Shown one piece after another: positions 51,422 to 61,631 of a stretch of 64,000 nucleotides of DNA; positions within the stretch are counted from its first letter, which is position 1; each line of letters starts with the position of its first letter. A program made the translations under genes and the position numbers. Where the stretch lies: positions 19,457 to 83,456 of the forward strand of contig JBCCXL010000017.1 in assembly GCA_039191605.1 (NCBI GenBank), written 5' to 3'. The stretch is from Acidobacteriota bacterium (lineage in GTDB: Bacteria > Acidobacteriota > Thermoanaerobaculia > Multivoradales > JAHZIX01). A model generated the notes under the pieces. That model was not told the origin of the DNA and ran no database searches. It was given only the letters and a program-made list of their open reading frames with translations.

Positions 51422-54400
51422 GTGTCTTTAATGTGCCCTGTGTCTCCTAATCTAGGGTCAGCTGACGTCGATGGGCTCCTGGGGCTCGACGCCCTGGAGT
51501 CGGCGGTTGATGAGCACCCTAAATTAGGGCCGACGGTGGTGCATCGAGCGCGCCTCGAGGCCCAGCCCCGGCGTTCGGGGACTTTGGAGAAGGAGCTGCC
51601 GGAAGCGCTGCTGCAGATCCTGCGGGAGCGCGGGGTGGAGAATCTGTGGAGCCACCAGGCGGAGGCCCTGGATCTCGCCCGCCGGGGAGAGGACGTGCTG
51701 GTGACGACCCCCACCGCGTCCGGCAAGTCCTTGGTCTTTCAGCTGCCGGTGCTGGAAGAGGCGCTGAAGGGAGGGGAGGGCAGGGCTCTTTGGCTCTTCC
51801 CCCTCAAGGCCTTGGCCCAGGATCAGCGCGCCAAGCTGATGGAGATGGCCTCTGCCGTGGGGGTAGAGGAGAACTTCTGCGCCATCTATGACGGCGATAC
51901 GCCGCGCTCGCTGCGGCCGAAGATCCGCGCCGATCCGCCGCGGGTGCTGATCACCAACCCCGACATGCTGCACTTGGGTTTGCTGGCCCACTGGAATAGC
52001 TGGCGGCCCTTTTTCGCCTCGCTGCGCTGGCTGGTGCTGGACGAGCTGCACACCTATCGCGGCGTTTTCGGCAGCCACTTTCATCACGTGCTGGCGAGGC
52101 TCCAGCGCTTGTGTGCTCGGCTCGGCGCTCGCCCCGCGGTGATCGCCTCCTCCGCTACCGCCGACAACGCTGAGAGCTTCGCCGCGACCCTGATTCGGCG
52201 CCAGCTCACCACCATCGAGACCAGCGGCGCCCCGCGGGAGGCCCGCCGCTTCGTGCTGCTGCGCCCCTCCGCCAGCCCCTACACCGCGGCCCTGGACCTG
52301 CTCTGCCTGTGCCTGGAGCACGGCATGAAGACCATCGTCTTCACCAAGGCCCGGCGCATCACCGAGCTGCTCTATTCCTGGCTGCGGCGGCGGGATCCGG
52401 CGCTGGCGGCGCGGGTGCGCTCCTATCGGGCGGGCTTCCTGCCGCAGGAGCGCCGGCGAATCGAGGGCCGCCTGGCTTCGGGGGAGCTGGATGGGGTGAT
52501 CTCCACCTCGGCGCTGGAGATGGGGATCGACATCGGAGGCCTGGATGCCTGCATTCTGGTGGGTTACCCCGGCAGCGTGATGGCCACCTGGCAGCGCAGC
52601 GGCCGGGTAGGGCGCAGCGGGCGGGAATCCCTCACCGTGATGGTGGCGCTGCCGGATGCTCTGGACCAATACTTCCTCGATCACCCCCAGGAGCTGCTGG
52701 AGCGGCCCTGCGAGCGGCTGATCATCAACCCGAGGAACCGCCCGGTGGCGGAGGCCCACCTGCGCTGTGCGGCGGCGGAGCTGACGCTTTCCCGGGAGCT
52801 GGACGAGGATTACCTGGCCGACCAGGAAGAGGCGGTGGAGGCTCTGGTGGCGGCAGGAGATCTGCTGGAGGACGCCTCCGGCAGCGAGCTCTTCTGCGTT
52901 CGCCGTCGGCCCCACCGAGATGTCGCTCTGCGCGGCAGCGGCGGGACCCTCGAGGTGCGCCTGGATGGTGGCGAGGGAGCGGTGGTCGGCACTCTGGACG
53001 CCGGCCGAGCGCTGCGGGAGGCGCACCCCGGGGCGATCTATCTTCACGGCGGGCGCTCCTTTCGAATCGAGGCGCTGGATCTAGACTCCCAGCGCGCCCT
53101 GGCGGTGGCGGAAGAGGCGGATTACTTCACCACGCCGATGGCCCATAAGGAGACGGAGATCCTGGAGGTCCTGGAGCGGCGGGACGATGGTCCCCTCACC
53201 GCCTGGTTGGCGAGGCTGCAGGTGCGGGAACAGGTCACCGGCTACGAGCGCAAGCGGCTGCTGGATCAGGAGGTGCTCACCCGGCGGGACCTGGTGATGC
53301 CGAAGACCGAGATGGAGACGGTGGGGCTGCTCTTCGCCGCGGGGCCCGCCATCGAGGATGCCCTGAGGCGGGCGGAGCAGGGCTTCATGGGGGCGCTCCA
53401 CGCTTCGGAGCACGCCGCGATTTCTCTGATGCCGGCCTTCGCTCTGTGCGATCGCGGGGATATCGGCGGCATCTCGATCCCCTTCCACCCCCAGGTGGGA
53501 GCCGGGGCGGTGTTCATCTACGACGGGCATCACGGCGGCATGGGGCTGGCGCAGGAGGCCTTCCAACGCTTGCCGGAGCTGCTGTTGCGGGTGCGGGAGC
53601 TGCTGGACGCCTGCCCCTGTGAAATCGGCTGTCCCAGCTGTATCCAGAGCCCGAAGTGCGGCAACGGGAATCGACCCCTAGACAAGGCCGGAGCGGCCCA
53701 CCTTCTGCGCCTGCTGCTGGCGGAAGAGGCCCTTCCGGAGCCTTCTGATCCGCGCCTGGAGATCACCTTCGCGGCGCCGGAGGACGAGTCCAAGAAAGGC
53801 GAGGAAGGGGCCTCGGCCCCCGCCTGGGGAGGGATTCTTCGAGAGCCGGGGGCGAAGGTGGATTCGGCTCCGGTGGAAGAGCCCGCAGCGGTTGCGCAGC
53901 GCACTCTGCCGGTGGGAGAGCTCTCTCATCGCGAGGGTTCACGGTGCGGTAGTGAAGGGGGCCCGGCGGCGGTCGGCGCGTCGACGAGCCCCGAGGTGCC
54001 TAAGGCGAAGGCTGGATCATCGAAGACCGGCTCATCGAAGAAGGGGACATCCAAAGCTGGCTCATCCAAGGGTGGCTCATCCAAGAGCGGGCCATCGAAG
54101 GCCGTCTCGTCGGGGTCTGCGTCTCCAAGCCCTGCGTCTCCAAGCCCTGGGCCGTCTGGATCCGCGTCGTCGGGTTCTGGCGACTTACCTCTCACCGTGC
54201 TTTTCGACCTCGAGACGAAGCGCTCGGCGCAGGAGGTGGGGGGGTGGAATCGAGCCCACCGCATGGGCATCGCCATCGGCGTCGTCTGCTTCCTGGAGGA
54301 AGGCCGATTGGAGGTCTATCCCGAGGATCGGGTGGGGGAGCTTCACGCCGATCTCCGCCGGGCTTCTCTGGTGATCGGCTTCAACAGCCGGCGCTTCGAT

Positions 54401-54727
54401 TACGCGGTGCTCTCCGGCTATACCGGGGAGGACTACAGCCGCACCTTACCGACGCTCGATCTGCTGGAAGACCTGCAACGGCGCATCGGTCGCCGGGTGA
54501 GCCTCGATAGCCTCACCGCCGCCACTCTCGGCGCCAAGAAGAGCGCCGACGGGCTACAGAGCCTGGAATGGGTGAAGCAGGGGCGGCTGGACCTGGTGGA
54601 ATCCTATTGCCGCCGCGACGTCGAGCTGCTGCGAGACCTCTATCTCTTCGGGCGCCGGGAGGGCTACGTCCAGTTCACCCGCCGCAAGACCGGCGGCGAG
54701 GTGGAGAGAGTGGAGGTCGATTGGTGA
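51422..54727 (+). CDS. MrfA/YprA-like DEAD/DEAH-box helicase with DUF1998 (4-Cys) domain, fused through a Ser/Gly/Lys repeat linker to a DnaQ-like 3'-5' exonuclease (MrfB/YprB-like)
   Basis: Helicase motifs: TPTASGKS (motif I) and VLDELH (motif II). DUF1998 Cys cluster: CPCEIGCPSCIQSPKCGN. C-terminal exonuclease motifs: FDLET (Exo I), FNSRRFDYAVL (Exo II) and YCRRDVELLRDLY (Exo III). Confidence 0.8.
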   Translation: MSLMCPVSPNLGSADVDGLLGLDALESAVDEHPKLGPTVVHRARLEAQPRRSGTLEKELPEALLQILRERGVENLWSHQAEALDLARRGEDVLVTTPTASGKSLVFQLPVLEEALKGGEGRALWLFPLKALAQDQRAKLMEMASAVGVEENFCAIYDGDTPRSLRPKIRADPPRVLITNPDMLHLGLLAHWNSWRPFFASLRWLVLDELHTYRGVFGSHFHHVLARLQRLCARLGARPAVIASSATADNAESFAATLIRRQLTTIETSGAPREARRFVLLRPSASPYTAALDLLCLCLEHGMKTIVFTKARRITELLYSWLRRRDPALAARVRSYRAGFLPQERRRIEGRLASGELDGVISTSALEMGIDIGGLDACILVGYPGSVMATWQRSGRVGRSGRESLTVMVALPDALDQYFLDHPQELLERPCERLIINPRNRPVAEAHLRCAAAELTLSRELDEDYLADQEEAVEALVAAGDLLEDASGSELFCVRRRPHRDVALRGSGGTLEVRLDGGEGAVVGTLDAGRALREAHPGAIYLHGGRSFRIEALDLDSQRALAVAEEADYFTTPMAHKETEILEVLERRDDGPLTAWLARLQVREQVTGYERKRLLDQEVLTRRDLVMPKTEMETVGLLFAAGPAIEDALRRAEQGFMGALHASEHAAISLMPAFALCDRGDIGGISIPFHPQVGAGAVFIYDGHHGGMGLAQEAFQRLPELLLRVRELLDACPCEIGCPSCIQSPKCGNGNRPLDKAGAAHLLRLLLAEEALPEPSDPRLEITFAAPEDESKKGEEGASAPAWGGILREPGAKVDSAPVEEPAAVAQRTLPVGELSHREGSRCGSEGGPAAVGASTSPEVPKAKAGSSKTGSSKKGTSKAGSSKGGSSKSGPSKAVSSGSASPSPASPSPGPSGSASSGSGDLPLTVLFDLETKRSAQEVGGWNRAHRMGIAIGVVCFLEEGRLEVYPEDRVGELHADLRRASLVIGFNSRRFDYAVLSGYTGEDYSRTLPTLDLLEDLQRRIGRRVSLDSLTAATLGAKKSADGLQSLEWVKQGRLDLVESYCRRDVELLRDLYLFGRREGYVQFTRRKTGGEVERVEVDW
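54016..54120 (+). repeat. 15-bp tandem repeats x7 inside the helicase gene, encoding the (G/S)SSK-type linker
   Basis: The DNA reads gctcatcgaagaccg / gctcatcgaagaagg / ggacatccaaagctg ... This encodes GSSKTGSSKKGTSKAGSSKGGSSKSGPSKAVSS. Confidence 0.8.
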
Positions 54728-54883
54728 GATCCGAGGGAAAATCTCGGATCTCGGCTGGGCACCCCTAACCTGGAATGCTGCCGCTGACGGCATGCCGCCG
54801 CCTGGATTTTTCTGAATTGCTTCCGCCGACCGACTTCCGCTGAAAAGGGGGAGCGGAGACCGGCCCGACCGACTCAGCTGCAC

Positions 54884-55243
54884 TCAGAGGTTGTCGACCA
54901 CCTCGAGGAGCTGCTGCAGGTCGAAGGGCTTCTTGATGTACGCCGCGGCGCCCCCGTCCAGCGCTCGCTGGGTGTCTTCTTCCTTGCCCTCGGTGGACAC
55001 CACCACCACGGGAATCCCCGCCAGGGCGTCGTCGGACTTGACTCGGCCGAGGAACTCCAGGCCGTTCATGTTGGGCATGTTGATGTCGAGCAGGATGGCG
55101 TCCACATCCGGGTGGTCGCTGAGCATGCGGAGCCCCTCCACGCCATCATTGGCGTGGACCAGATCGTATTGACGCAGCATCACGCCGAACATCTTGTGGA
55201 TCAGCTTCGAGTCGTCGACGATGAGGAACTTTTTCTGCGCCAC
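54884..55243 (-). CDS. cheY: CheY-like single-domain response regulator
   Basis: FLIVDDS, LLDINMP, VVVVSTEG and KPF are the REC signatures (Asp, Asp, Thr, Lys). Confidence 0.85.
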   Translation of the reverse strand: MAQKKFLIVDDSKLIHKMFGVMLRQYDLVHANDGVEGLRMLSDHPDVDAILLDINMPNMNGLEFLGRVKSDDALAGIPVVVVSTEGKEEDTQRALDGGAAAYIKKPFDLQQLLEVVDNL

Positions 55244-55881
55244 GGTGAATGGGCCTCCAATTCACGGCCTCTGAAGGTGTCCGGCGGCCAGATCTAGCTC
55301 AGTGGGGTTTTGAAATGCCCTGAGAACGATCTGCTAGGGGTCTGTAGCCCCGGCGGTCGGCGGACGTTGGCCATTTCGACAAACCGCTCGATTCCTGCCC
55401 CTGGAGTAGGCAGCCAGGGAGCGCTCTCCCTGGGACGTTCTTTGGCGTCCTATGCCGTTGGGGAATGGAATCGAGGGAAGGGACCAGGCAAGAGCGCCTG
55501 GAATCGCCGGTAGACTAGCCTAAGGCCTGTTTCTACGCAAGCTTCGACCTGCGCTGCGATCCCTCTCCGAAGGGGTTGTTGGGAGGGCGCTGCCGGATCC
55601 TTCTTAGGCGAGCCTCAGACCTTCATCGACGAGTGCTCGTCTCTTGACATGGGGCGATGGCGGCGGGAGACTCTTCGTCTCTGTTTCGACACGGTTCCCA
55701 GCTTTGCGCCGCGCATCTCGCGGGGCCCGCCTCTCGATGTCCGGTTTCGTCTCTTCGCGCCCCAGCCGCGCCATTCGGTGCCTTCGCTTCGAGCTTCCTT
55801 TCGCACCGGAGGCTCCGTCGGCCGCCCTAGGGACCCTCCGTCGTCGGGACCTTTCACCCATTCCTCAAGGTTGAGAGCGCC

Positions 55882-57591
55882 ATGGACAGCGCATTCAAGG
55901 AGTTATTAGAAGACTTCGTCCTGGAGGCGCGAGAGCGCGCCGACACGGTAGAGGAGATGCTGCTGTCGCTGGCGGAGGCCAGTGCCGAGGAGCGAGAGCA
56001 GAAGGTCGCCCGGGCGAAGCGCCAGCTCCACACTCTGAAGGGCAATTCGGGGATGATGGGCTTTGGCGAGCTGCAGACGCTGGCCCACGAGATCGAGGAC
56101 GCCGTCGAGGCGCTGGATCTGGAGTCGCCGGAGATCGACGAGCTCCTGCAGCAGCTGGATCGCTTTCGGCTGCTGTTGCGCCAACAGGTCGCGAGTCAGC
56201 TGGAGGGAGGGGAAGACTCCGACGAGGACAGGACCCGGGCCGGTGACGAGCCCTCCGAAGCGGACGGGGTCTCGGCTGGGGAATCCGCTGAACAGGAGAC
56301 CGGTTCCGACGACGAAGGAGCCGAGGCCCGGGCGGATAGCCCCGGCGAGGATCCGCAGGAGCAAGAGCAGGAGCAGGAGGAGGTCAGCCGAGAGCTCGCC
56401 TCCGGCGGCGTTCGGGTGCTCTTCAGCGAGCTGGACGGCCTGGTAGAGCTGCTGGCGGAGGTTCTGCTCTATCGCAACCGCCTGGGGGATTCCCTCGGAC
56501 AGGTTCGCCAGCTGCTGCCGGGGGAGAACCGGGAACAGAGCGACGCCTGGGACGAGAGCGAGGCGGTGCGTCAATCTCTGGAGCAGGTGCTGGATTTTCT
56601 TCAGGAGCGCATTCTGCGGCTGCGTATGGTGCCGCTGGCGACCCTCTTCCGCCATCTGTCTCGCATCGTTCATGACGAGTCCCGTCGGGAGCAGAAGAAG
56701 GTGCGCTTCGTCACCGACGGTGGCGATACCCCGCTGGACAAAGCTCTTCTGGAGCTCGCCAGCGAGGCCCTCGGACACCTGGTGCGCAACGCCGTGAACC
56801 ACGGGGCGGAGCGCCCCGCGGAGCGCAAGGCGGCGGGGAAGGACGAGACCGCCGTGCTGCGGCTCTCGGCGGCGGTGAAGGGCCAGGAGGTCCATATCGA
56901 GGTCGAGGATGACGGCGGCGGGATCCACTACGAATCCCTGGAGGCGCTAGCGCGAGCGCGCGGCTTGCCCCACCGCACCCGGGCGGATCTCGACGCCCTG
57001 ATTTTCGAGGCGGGGGTTTCCACCCGTTCATCGACCTCCCTCTCGGCGGGGCGCGGCGTCGGCCTGGCGGCGGTGGCTTCGGCGGTGCGGCGCCACGGCG
57101 GGCGCATCGACCTTTCCTCGATGCCGGGGGAGGGGACTCGCTTCCTGCTTCGCCTGCCTCTGTCGGTCTCCATCACCCGGGCTTTGCTGCTGCGGGTGGA
57201 TGGCGAGGTCTACGCTCTGCCGCTGGGGGCGGTGATCGAGAGCCTGCGCCTGGAGATCGACGCCCTGGAGCGGGTCGGCGGGCGAGAGATCTTCCGCTGG
57301 CGGGGGCAGCTGGTGCCGGTTCTCGATCTCGGACAGTGGTTCCGCACCGCTATCGATCCACGAAGTCAGGGCTTCGTGGTGATCGTGGAGGCCCTGGGGC
57401 GCCACCGTGCGGTGGTGGTAGACGAGCTGGTGGGGATCCGGGACATCGTGGTGAAAGGCCTCGATCCCCTGCTCGGCTCTCCGCCGGGACTCTCCGGCTC
57501 CACCATCCTCGGCGATGGGCGAGCGGTGCTGATTCTCGATCCTTCGGCGCTCACCGAGCAGATCTCGACAGATTCGGCGGCGGTGGGGTGA
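55882..57591 (+). CDS. cheA: CheA-type histidine kinase (Hpt-dimerisation-HATPase-CheW)
   Basis: Hpt: QLHTLKGNSGMMGF. HATPase: LVRNAVNHGAE, DDGGGI and GRGVGL. The C-terminal CheW-like domain is present. Confidence 0.9.
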   Translation: MDSAFKELLEDFVLEARERADTVEEMLLSLAEASAEEREQKVARAKRQLHTLKGNSGMMGFGELQTLAHEIEDAVEALDLESPEIDELLQQLDRFRLLLRQQVASQLEGGEDSDEDRTRAGDEPSEADGVSAGESAEQETGSDDEGAEARADSPGEDPQEQEQEQEEVSRELASGGVRVLFSELDGLVELLAEVLLYRNRLGDSLGQVRQLLPGENREQSDAWDESEAVRQSLEQVLDFLQERILRLRMVPLATLFRHLSRIVHDESRREQKKVRFVTDGGDTPLDKALLELASEALGHLVRNAVNHGAERPAERKAAGKDETAVLRLSAAVKGQEVHIEVEDDGGGIHYESLEALARARGLPHRTRADLDALIFEAGVSTRSSTSLSAGRGVGLAAVASAVRRHGGRIDLSSMPGEGTRFLLRLPLSVSITRALLLRVDGEVYALPLGAVIESLRLEIDALERVGGREIFRWRGQLVPVLDLGQWFRTAIDPRSQGFVVIVEALGRHRAVVVDELVGIRDIVVKGLDPLLGSPPGLSGSTILGDGRAVLILDPSALTEQISTDSAAVG

Positions 57592-57595
57592 GCCG

Positions 57596-58132
57596 ATGAG
57601 CGCAACTCCCGAAGTAGGCGCTAGCGCCTCTGCCCTGTCGCCGACCCTGGCATCGGGCTCAGCCCAGGAGCCCGCCGAAGAGAGCCGGGCACAGTCTCCC
57701 TGGGTACTCTGCGAAAGCGGAGGGATGGCCTTCGCCGTCGATCTGGATCGGGTGGTGGAGGTCTTTGGCGCTTCCTCTCTGCTGCCGGCTCCCGACGACG
57801 CCCCGGAAGCGGTGATCGCCATCGCCCAGGGAGGCGGCCTGCGGGTTCCGGTGGTGTCTTTAGCTCGCCAGCTGGGGGTGGAGGAGGCGGTGGAGGCGAA
57901 TCGGCGGCGAGTGCTGGTGGTGTCCTCCCAGGGTCGCGCCATCGGTCTGGAGGTGGATCGGGTGCGCAGCATTCTGGCCCTGGAGCGCGCCGGCCGGCAG
58001 CCGGTACCGAGGGTTCTAGCCGGCATCAGCGGCGGGCTTCCGGCCATTGCTGGCTTCGCTTTTCACCAGCAGCGCTGGCTGATGTTGTTGGAGGTCGACG
58101 GTCTGCTCTCGCCGCGATGGGGCCGGTCTTGA
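57596..58132 (+). CDS. cheW: CheW-like coupling protein
   Basis: WVLCESGGMAFAVDLDRVVEV and the downstream beta-sandwich pattern. The start lies 4 nt after the cheA stop. Confidence 0.7.
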   Translation: MSATPEVGASASALSPTLASGSAQEPAEESRAQSPWVLCESGGMAFAVDLDRVVEVFGASSLLPAPDDAPEAVIAIAQGGGLRVPVVSLARQLGVEEAVEANRRRVLVVSSQGRAIGLEVDRVRSILALERAGRQPVPRVLAGISGGLPAIAGFAFHQQRWLMLLEVDGLLSPRWGRS

Positions 58133-58565
58133 TAGGCTCGCCAGCCTGGCTCGCGGGAAGGGATCGAAGGAGCGGCTCTCGGTCCGATGAATCCCTTGCC
58201 CGAGACCATCGGTTGGCTTCCTTCCTGCACTGCTTTCCCCTACCTTCTCTCGTGGCGGCCATCGGCGCCGCGATCCGGGTCTCTCATCCCCTGCGTCCCG
58301 CAGATGAATCCTGCATCCACGGCGCCCCTCGGGGCCTGTCGACGGTGGTCCCGACGGAGATTTCCGCTCTTCGCGGGGTCCTGCGGCAGCCCAAGGCCTG
58401 CGCTCTCTAGGGAGCCGGGCCATTCCGCAGCTGCGGTCCTCGGGTCCTCTCGTTTCGACCTTCCCGGGCTCAAAGATCCTGCAGGTAGCGATGACAGAAG
58501 ATGGGCAGGACAGAAGACGGATCGGCAGAAGAGCTTCAAGCATCGGCATCTCAGACTTCGAAATT

Positions 58566-58700
58566 CAAAGACATCGACGGCCAAGACAGTGATGGCCAAG
58601 ACAGTGATGGCTAAGACAGTGATGGCTAAGACATCGACGGCCAAGAAAACGACAGTCAAGAAAACGATAGATAAGACAGCGACAGTCAAGACATCGACAT
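58566..58700. repeat. 15-bp tandem direct repeat x9 (ccaagacagtgatgg and variants), between cheW and the HEAT-repeat gene
   Basis: Read directly. The spurious ORFs over it encode KTVMAKTVMAKTV repeats. Confidence 0.9.
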
Positions 58701-58872
58701 CCCTGGGAGAGCGCCGCGGTGCACCTTCGCCGCGACGCAGCTTCAGCAGGTGGATTGTTCACCCGACTTTCCTCCTAGTGGTTCCAGCGGCGGTGGTTCC
58801 GGGGACCATGCTCCGGCGCCCACCCCGAGCCCACCGATCGATAGTGACGACGTAGCGAGAGGATCATCGACC

Positions 58873-60789
58873 ATGGCCCAATCCAATCCCCAGAGCGAAC
58901 CCAGCTGGGAGGAGTGCATCGAGCTACTCGAGCGCCTGCCCTCTATGTCCGTGCCGGAGCGTGTCGAGGCCATCGCGCTTCTCGTGCGCAACTCCAGTCC
59001 CGGAATCCGGGGGCGGGCTCTGCGGATGGGGGCTGCGGCCCTCTCCGACGACGTCCTCACCAGCTACTTGCGCAACGACGATGACGGCGTGCTGCGCAAC
59101 GCCGGTCTCGAGATGCTCAAGATGCGGGGTAATCGCGGCTTTTCCCTCGCTATCCACCTGCTCAAGGACCCGGACTACGACGTCGCCCTGCAGGCGGTGC
59201 TGATCCTCGACCACCTCAAGGATCCCCGCGCCCTCGAGGCGCTGCGGGGCCAGCTCCGCCACGAGGACATCAACGTCGTGCAGGCGGTGATCGTCGCTAT
59301 CGGTCACCTCGGGGACGCTCGCACCATTCCCGACCTGCTGCCCTACCTGGAAGGGGAATCGTGGCTGCAGGTAGCGGCGGTCGAGGCGCTGGGAGATATT
59401 CGCTCGCCGGTGGCGGTGCCTCATCTCGCCCAGCTGCTGACGGATCTGATGGTGGGGCCGATGGCCGCCGAGGCGCTGGCGCGCATCGGTGGCGAAGAGG
59501 CCTACCGCTTCCTCGCCGAGCACTGGCTGCGCTTCCGCCAGGAGCTGGACACGGAGACCACCCTGGGCCTGCTGGCCCACGTGCTGGAGGGGCTGCCGAA
59601 GTTCCCGGAGGAGGCCGAGGGGCTGCGCCCCGCGCTGGCGCAGCAGCTTCAGGGCGAGAGCGCCTCGATCCGCCTGCCGGCGGCGCGCTGTCTGCTGGCC
59701 CTGGGGCCCGGCAGCGAAGATCGCGCGGCGCTGGAGCAGCTGGTCGACCAGCAGCTGGATCCGCTGCTGCTGCCGGCCTGTCTGTCCGGGCGCCGCGATC
59801 TCATCGCCCGCCTGCTGCTCTCGCCGGATCAGCGCCGCGCCTGGGGCTTCCTGCTCTGCGCCCGCTTCCCGGAGCACATCCCCACCGAGGAGCTGGTGAC
59901 GGCTCTCTCCCGGCCGATGGAGCCGGAGTGGCTGGAGCTCTTGGTGAGGACCCTGTCGAAGGTGGAGAGCCGGCGGGTGGCGTCCGCCCTGCTGGACCTC
60001 TACCGCTCCCTCGGCAGCGGCGAGCGCTCGGCGCTGGCGCCGGTGCTCACCGCCCACGGCAGCCACCTGCGAACCCTGCTCAGCGAGCGAGACGACCTCC
60101 AGACCAAGACTCGGCTGGTGCTCTCGGTGCTGCTGGAGGAGCGGGTGGAGACCGCGGCGGCGGAGATTCAGCAGCTGCCGGAGGAAGACCGTCTCGAAGT
60201 GTTGGCGCAGATCACCGATCGCTCCGCCCTCACCCGGCTGCTGCCCTGGCGCCAGTGGATCGAACTCAGCCCCGACCGCTATGGCCCCATCGCCGCCGAG
60301 GTGGCGGTTCACGGCGGCCCCCGGGACCTGCGGCCGCAGCTGCGCTCCCTGCTGGAGCAATTCCCCGGCCCAGAGCTGGTGCGGGCGATGGGCGAGCTGG
60401 GGGATTCGGAGAGCGTTCCGACGCTAGTGGCCCTGCTGCAAGGCGGGGACGGCGCGCTGGATCTCATCGTGCTGGAATCCCTGGGGCGCATCGGCGGACC
60501 CCAGGTGCGGCGCACCCTGCGGGATGTGGCGGAGGGCAGCGGGGACGCCAAGCGGGCCCGCATCGCGTACCGCGCCCTCTCGCTCTGCGCCACCGATGAG
60601 GACGACGCCTTCTTCCGCGATGCGGCGGATCACGGAGATTGGTATGTGCGCTTGGCCTGTGCCGAGGTCCTCGGCCGGTTCCAGCGGCCGGAGAATCTCT
60701 CGGTGCTGGCTCAGCTAGCCTCGGACCCGGTCTCCATCGTCGCCCAGCGGGCGATGGCTCTGCTCGAATCGGAGGGTGTCGGCAAGTGA
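58873..60789 (+). CDS. HEAT/PBS-lyase-like repeat protein of the chemosensory cluster
   Basis: Recurrent ...R..A...LG......V..L..LL.D.. HEAT-like units (VPHLAQLLTD, VPTLVALLQGGD, DWYVRLACAEVLGR). Start trimmed to MAQSNPQ. Confidence 0.7.
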   Translation: MAQSNPQSEPSWEECIELLERLPSMSVPERVEAIALLVRNSSPGIRGRALRMGAAALSDDVLTSYLRNDDDGVLRNAGLEMLKMRGNRGFSLAIHLLKDPDYDVALQAVLILDHLKDPRALEALRGQLRHEDINVVQAVIVAIGHLGDARTIPDLLPYLEGESWLQVAAVEALGDIRSPVAVPHLAQLLTDLMVGPMAAEALARIGGEEAYRFLAEHWLRFRQELDTETTLGLLAHVLEGLPKFPEEAEGLRPALAQQLQGESASIRLPAARCLLALGPGSEDRAALEQLVDQQLDPLLLPACLSGRRDLIARLLLSPDQRRAWGFLLCARFPEHIPTEELVTALSRPMEPEWLELLVRTLSKVESRRVASALLDLYRSLGSGERSALAPVLTAHGSHLRTLLSERDDLQTKTRLVLSVLLEERVETAAAEIQQLPEEDRLEVLAQITDRSALTRLLPWRQWIELSPDRYGPIAAEVAVHGGPRDLRPQLRSLLEQFPGPELVRAMGELGDSESVPTLVALLQGGDGALDLIVLESLGRIGGPQVRRTLRDVAEGSGDAKRARIAYRALSLCATDEDDAFFRDAADHGDWYVRLACAEVLGRFQRPENLSVLAQLASDPVSIVAQRAMALLESEGVGK

Positions 60790-61631
60790 TCCGAGAGATC
60801 GCGCCGCTGACGCGCGAGGAGCAGGCCCTCTTCAACGAGGTGCTCTCCAAGGAGTTCGGGCTCTATTTTCCGGAGTCCAAACGGCAGATCCTCGAGTCTC
60901 GCCTCGAGCCGAGGGTGCGTGAGCTGCGGCTGCGTCGGTTCTTCGACTACTACCTCAAGGTGCAGGTGGATCTCGCCCAGGAGGCGCCGTATCTGGTGCG
61001 CCTGGTGACCAATAACGAGACCTACTTCTTCCGCGAGAAGGCTCAGTTCGAGGCGCTCTTCGGCCCTGCCCTGCAGGATTGGGTGGCCGGGGCGGTGACG
61101 CCGGGTGTGGTGCGCATTCTCTCTGCCGGCTGTTCCTCCGGGGAGGAGCCCTACACCCTGAACATCTACGCCAAGCAGGCGCGCTTTCGCCTCGGCACCA
61201 CCGAGATTCAGGTCGAGGCCTTCGATATCGACACCGAGCGCCTCCACATGGCGCGCAGCGGGATCTATCGGGAGCGTTCCTTGCGGGCGATGTCCGACGA
61301 GCTGGTGGAGCGCTACTTCCGCACCCACGACAACGGGTTGTGGGAGCTCAAGCCGGCCTTTCGCCGCGGGGTGAATTTCCGCGAGGGCAACATCATCACC
61401 AGCGATGCCTACCGCACCTCGGTGGGCTACGACGCGATCTTCTGCCGCAACGTGCTGATCTACTTCTCCGAGGTGGCCCTTCACCAGGCGATCGAGAATT
61501 TCGCCAGCGCCCTGCGCCCCGGCGGTCTGCTCTTTCTCGGGCATTCGGAATCCATCATCGGGCTGTCCCGTCACCTGGAGACCGTGCGCTTGGATAACTG
61601 CATCGCCTATCGCAAGGTAGCGGAGCGGTGA
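60786..61631 (+). CDS. cheR: CheR-type chemotaxis protein methyltransferase
   Basis: The N-terminal helical domain plus ETYFFRE, RILSAGCSSGEEPYTL and IFCRNVLIYF SAM-MTase motifs. The GTG start overlaps the HEAT gene stop (GTGA). Confidence 0.85.
   Translation: MIREIAPLTREEQALFNEVLSKEFGLYFPESKRQILESRLEPRVRELRLRRFFDYYLKVQVDLAQEAPYLVRLVTNNETYFFREKAQFEALFGPALQDWVAGAVTPGVVRILSAGCSSGEEPYTLNIYAKQARFRLGTTEIQVEAFDIDTERLHMARSGIYRERSLRAMSDELVERYFRTHDNGLWELKPAFRRGVNFREGNIITSDAYRTSVGYDAIFCRNVLIYFSEVALHQAIENFASALRPGGLLFLGHSESIIGLSRHLETVRLDNCIAYRKVAER

Noticed and set aside
55244-55881. tRNA-like or sigma54 signals in the cheY/cheA divergent region
   Set aside because: No cloverleaf could be folded by eye, and no GG-N10-GC promoter match was found.
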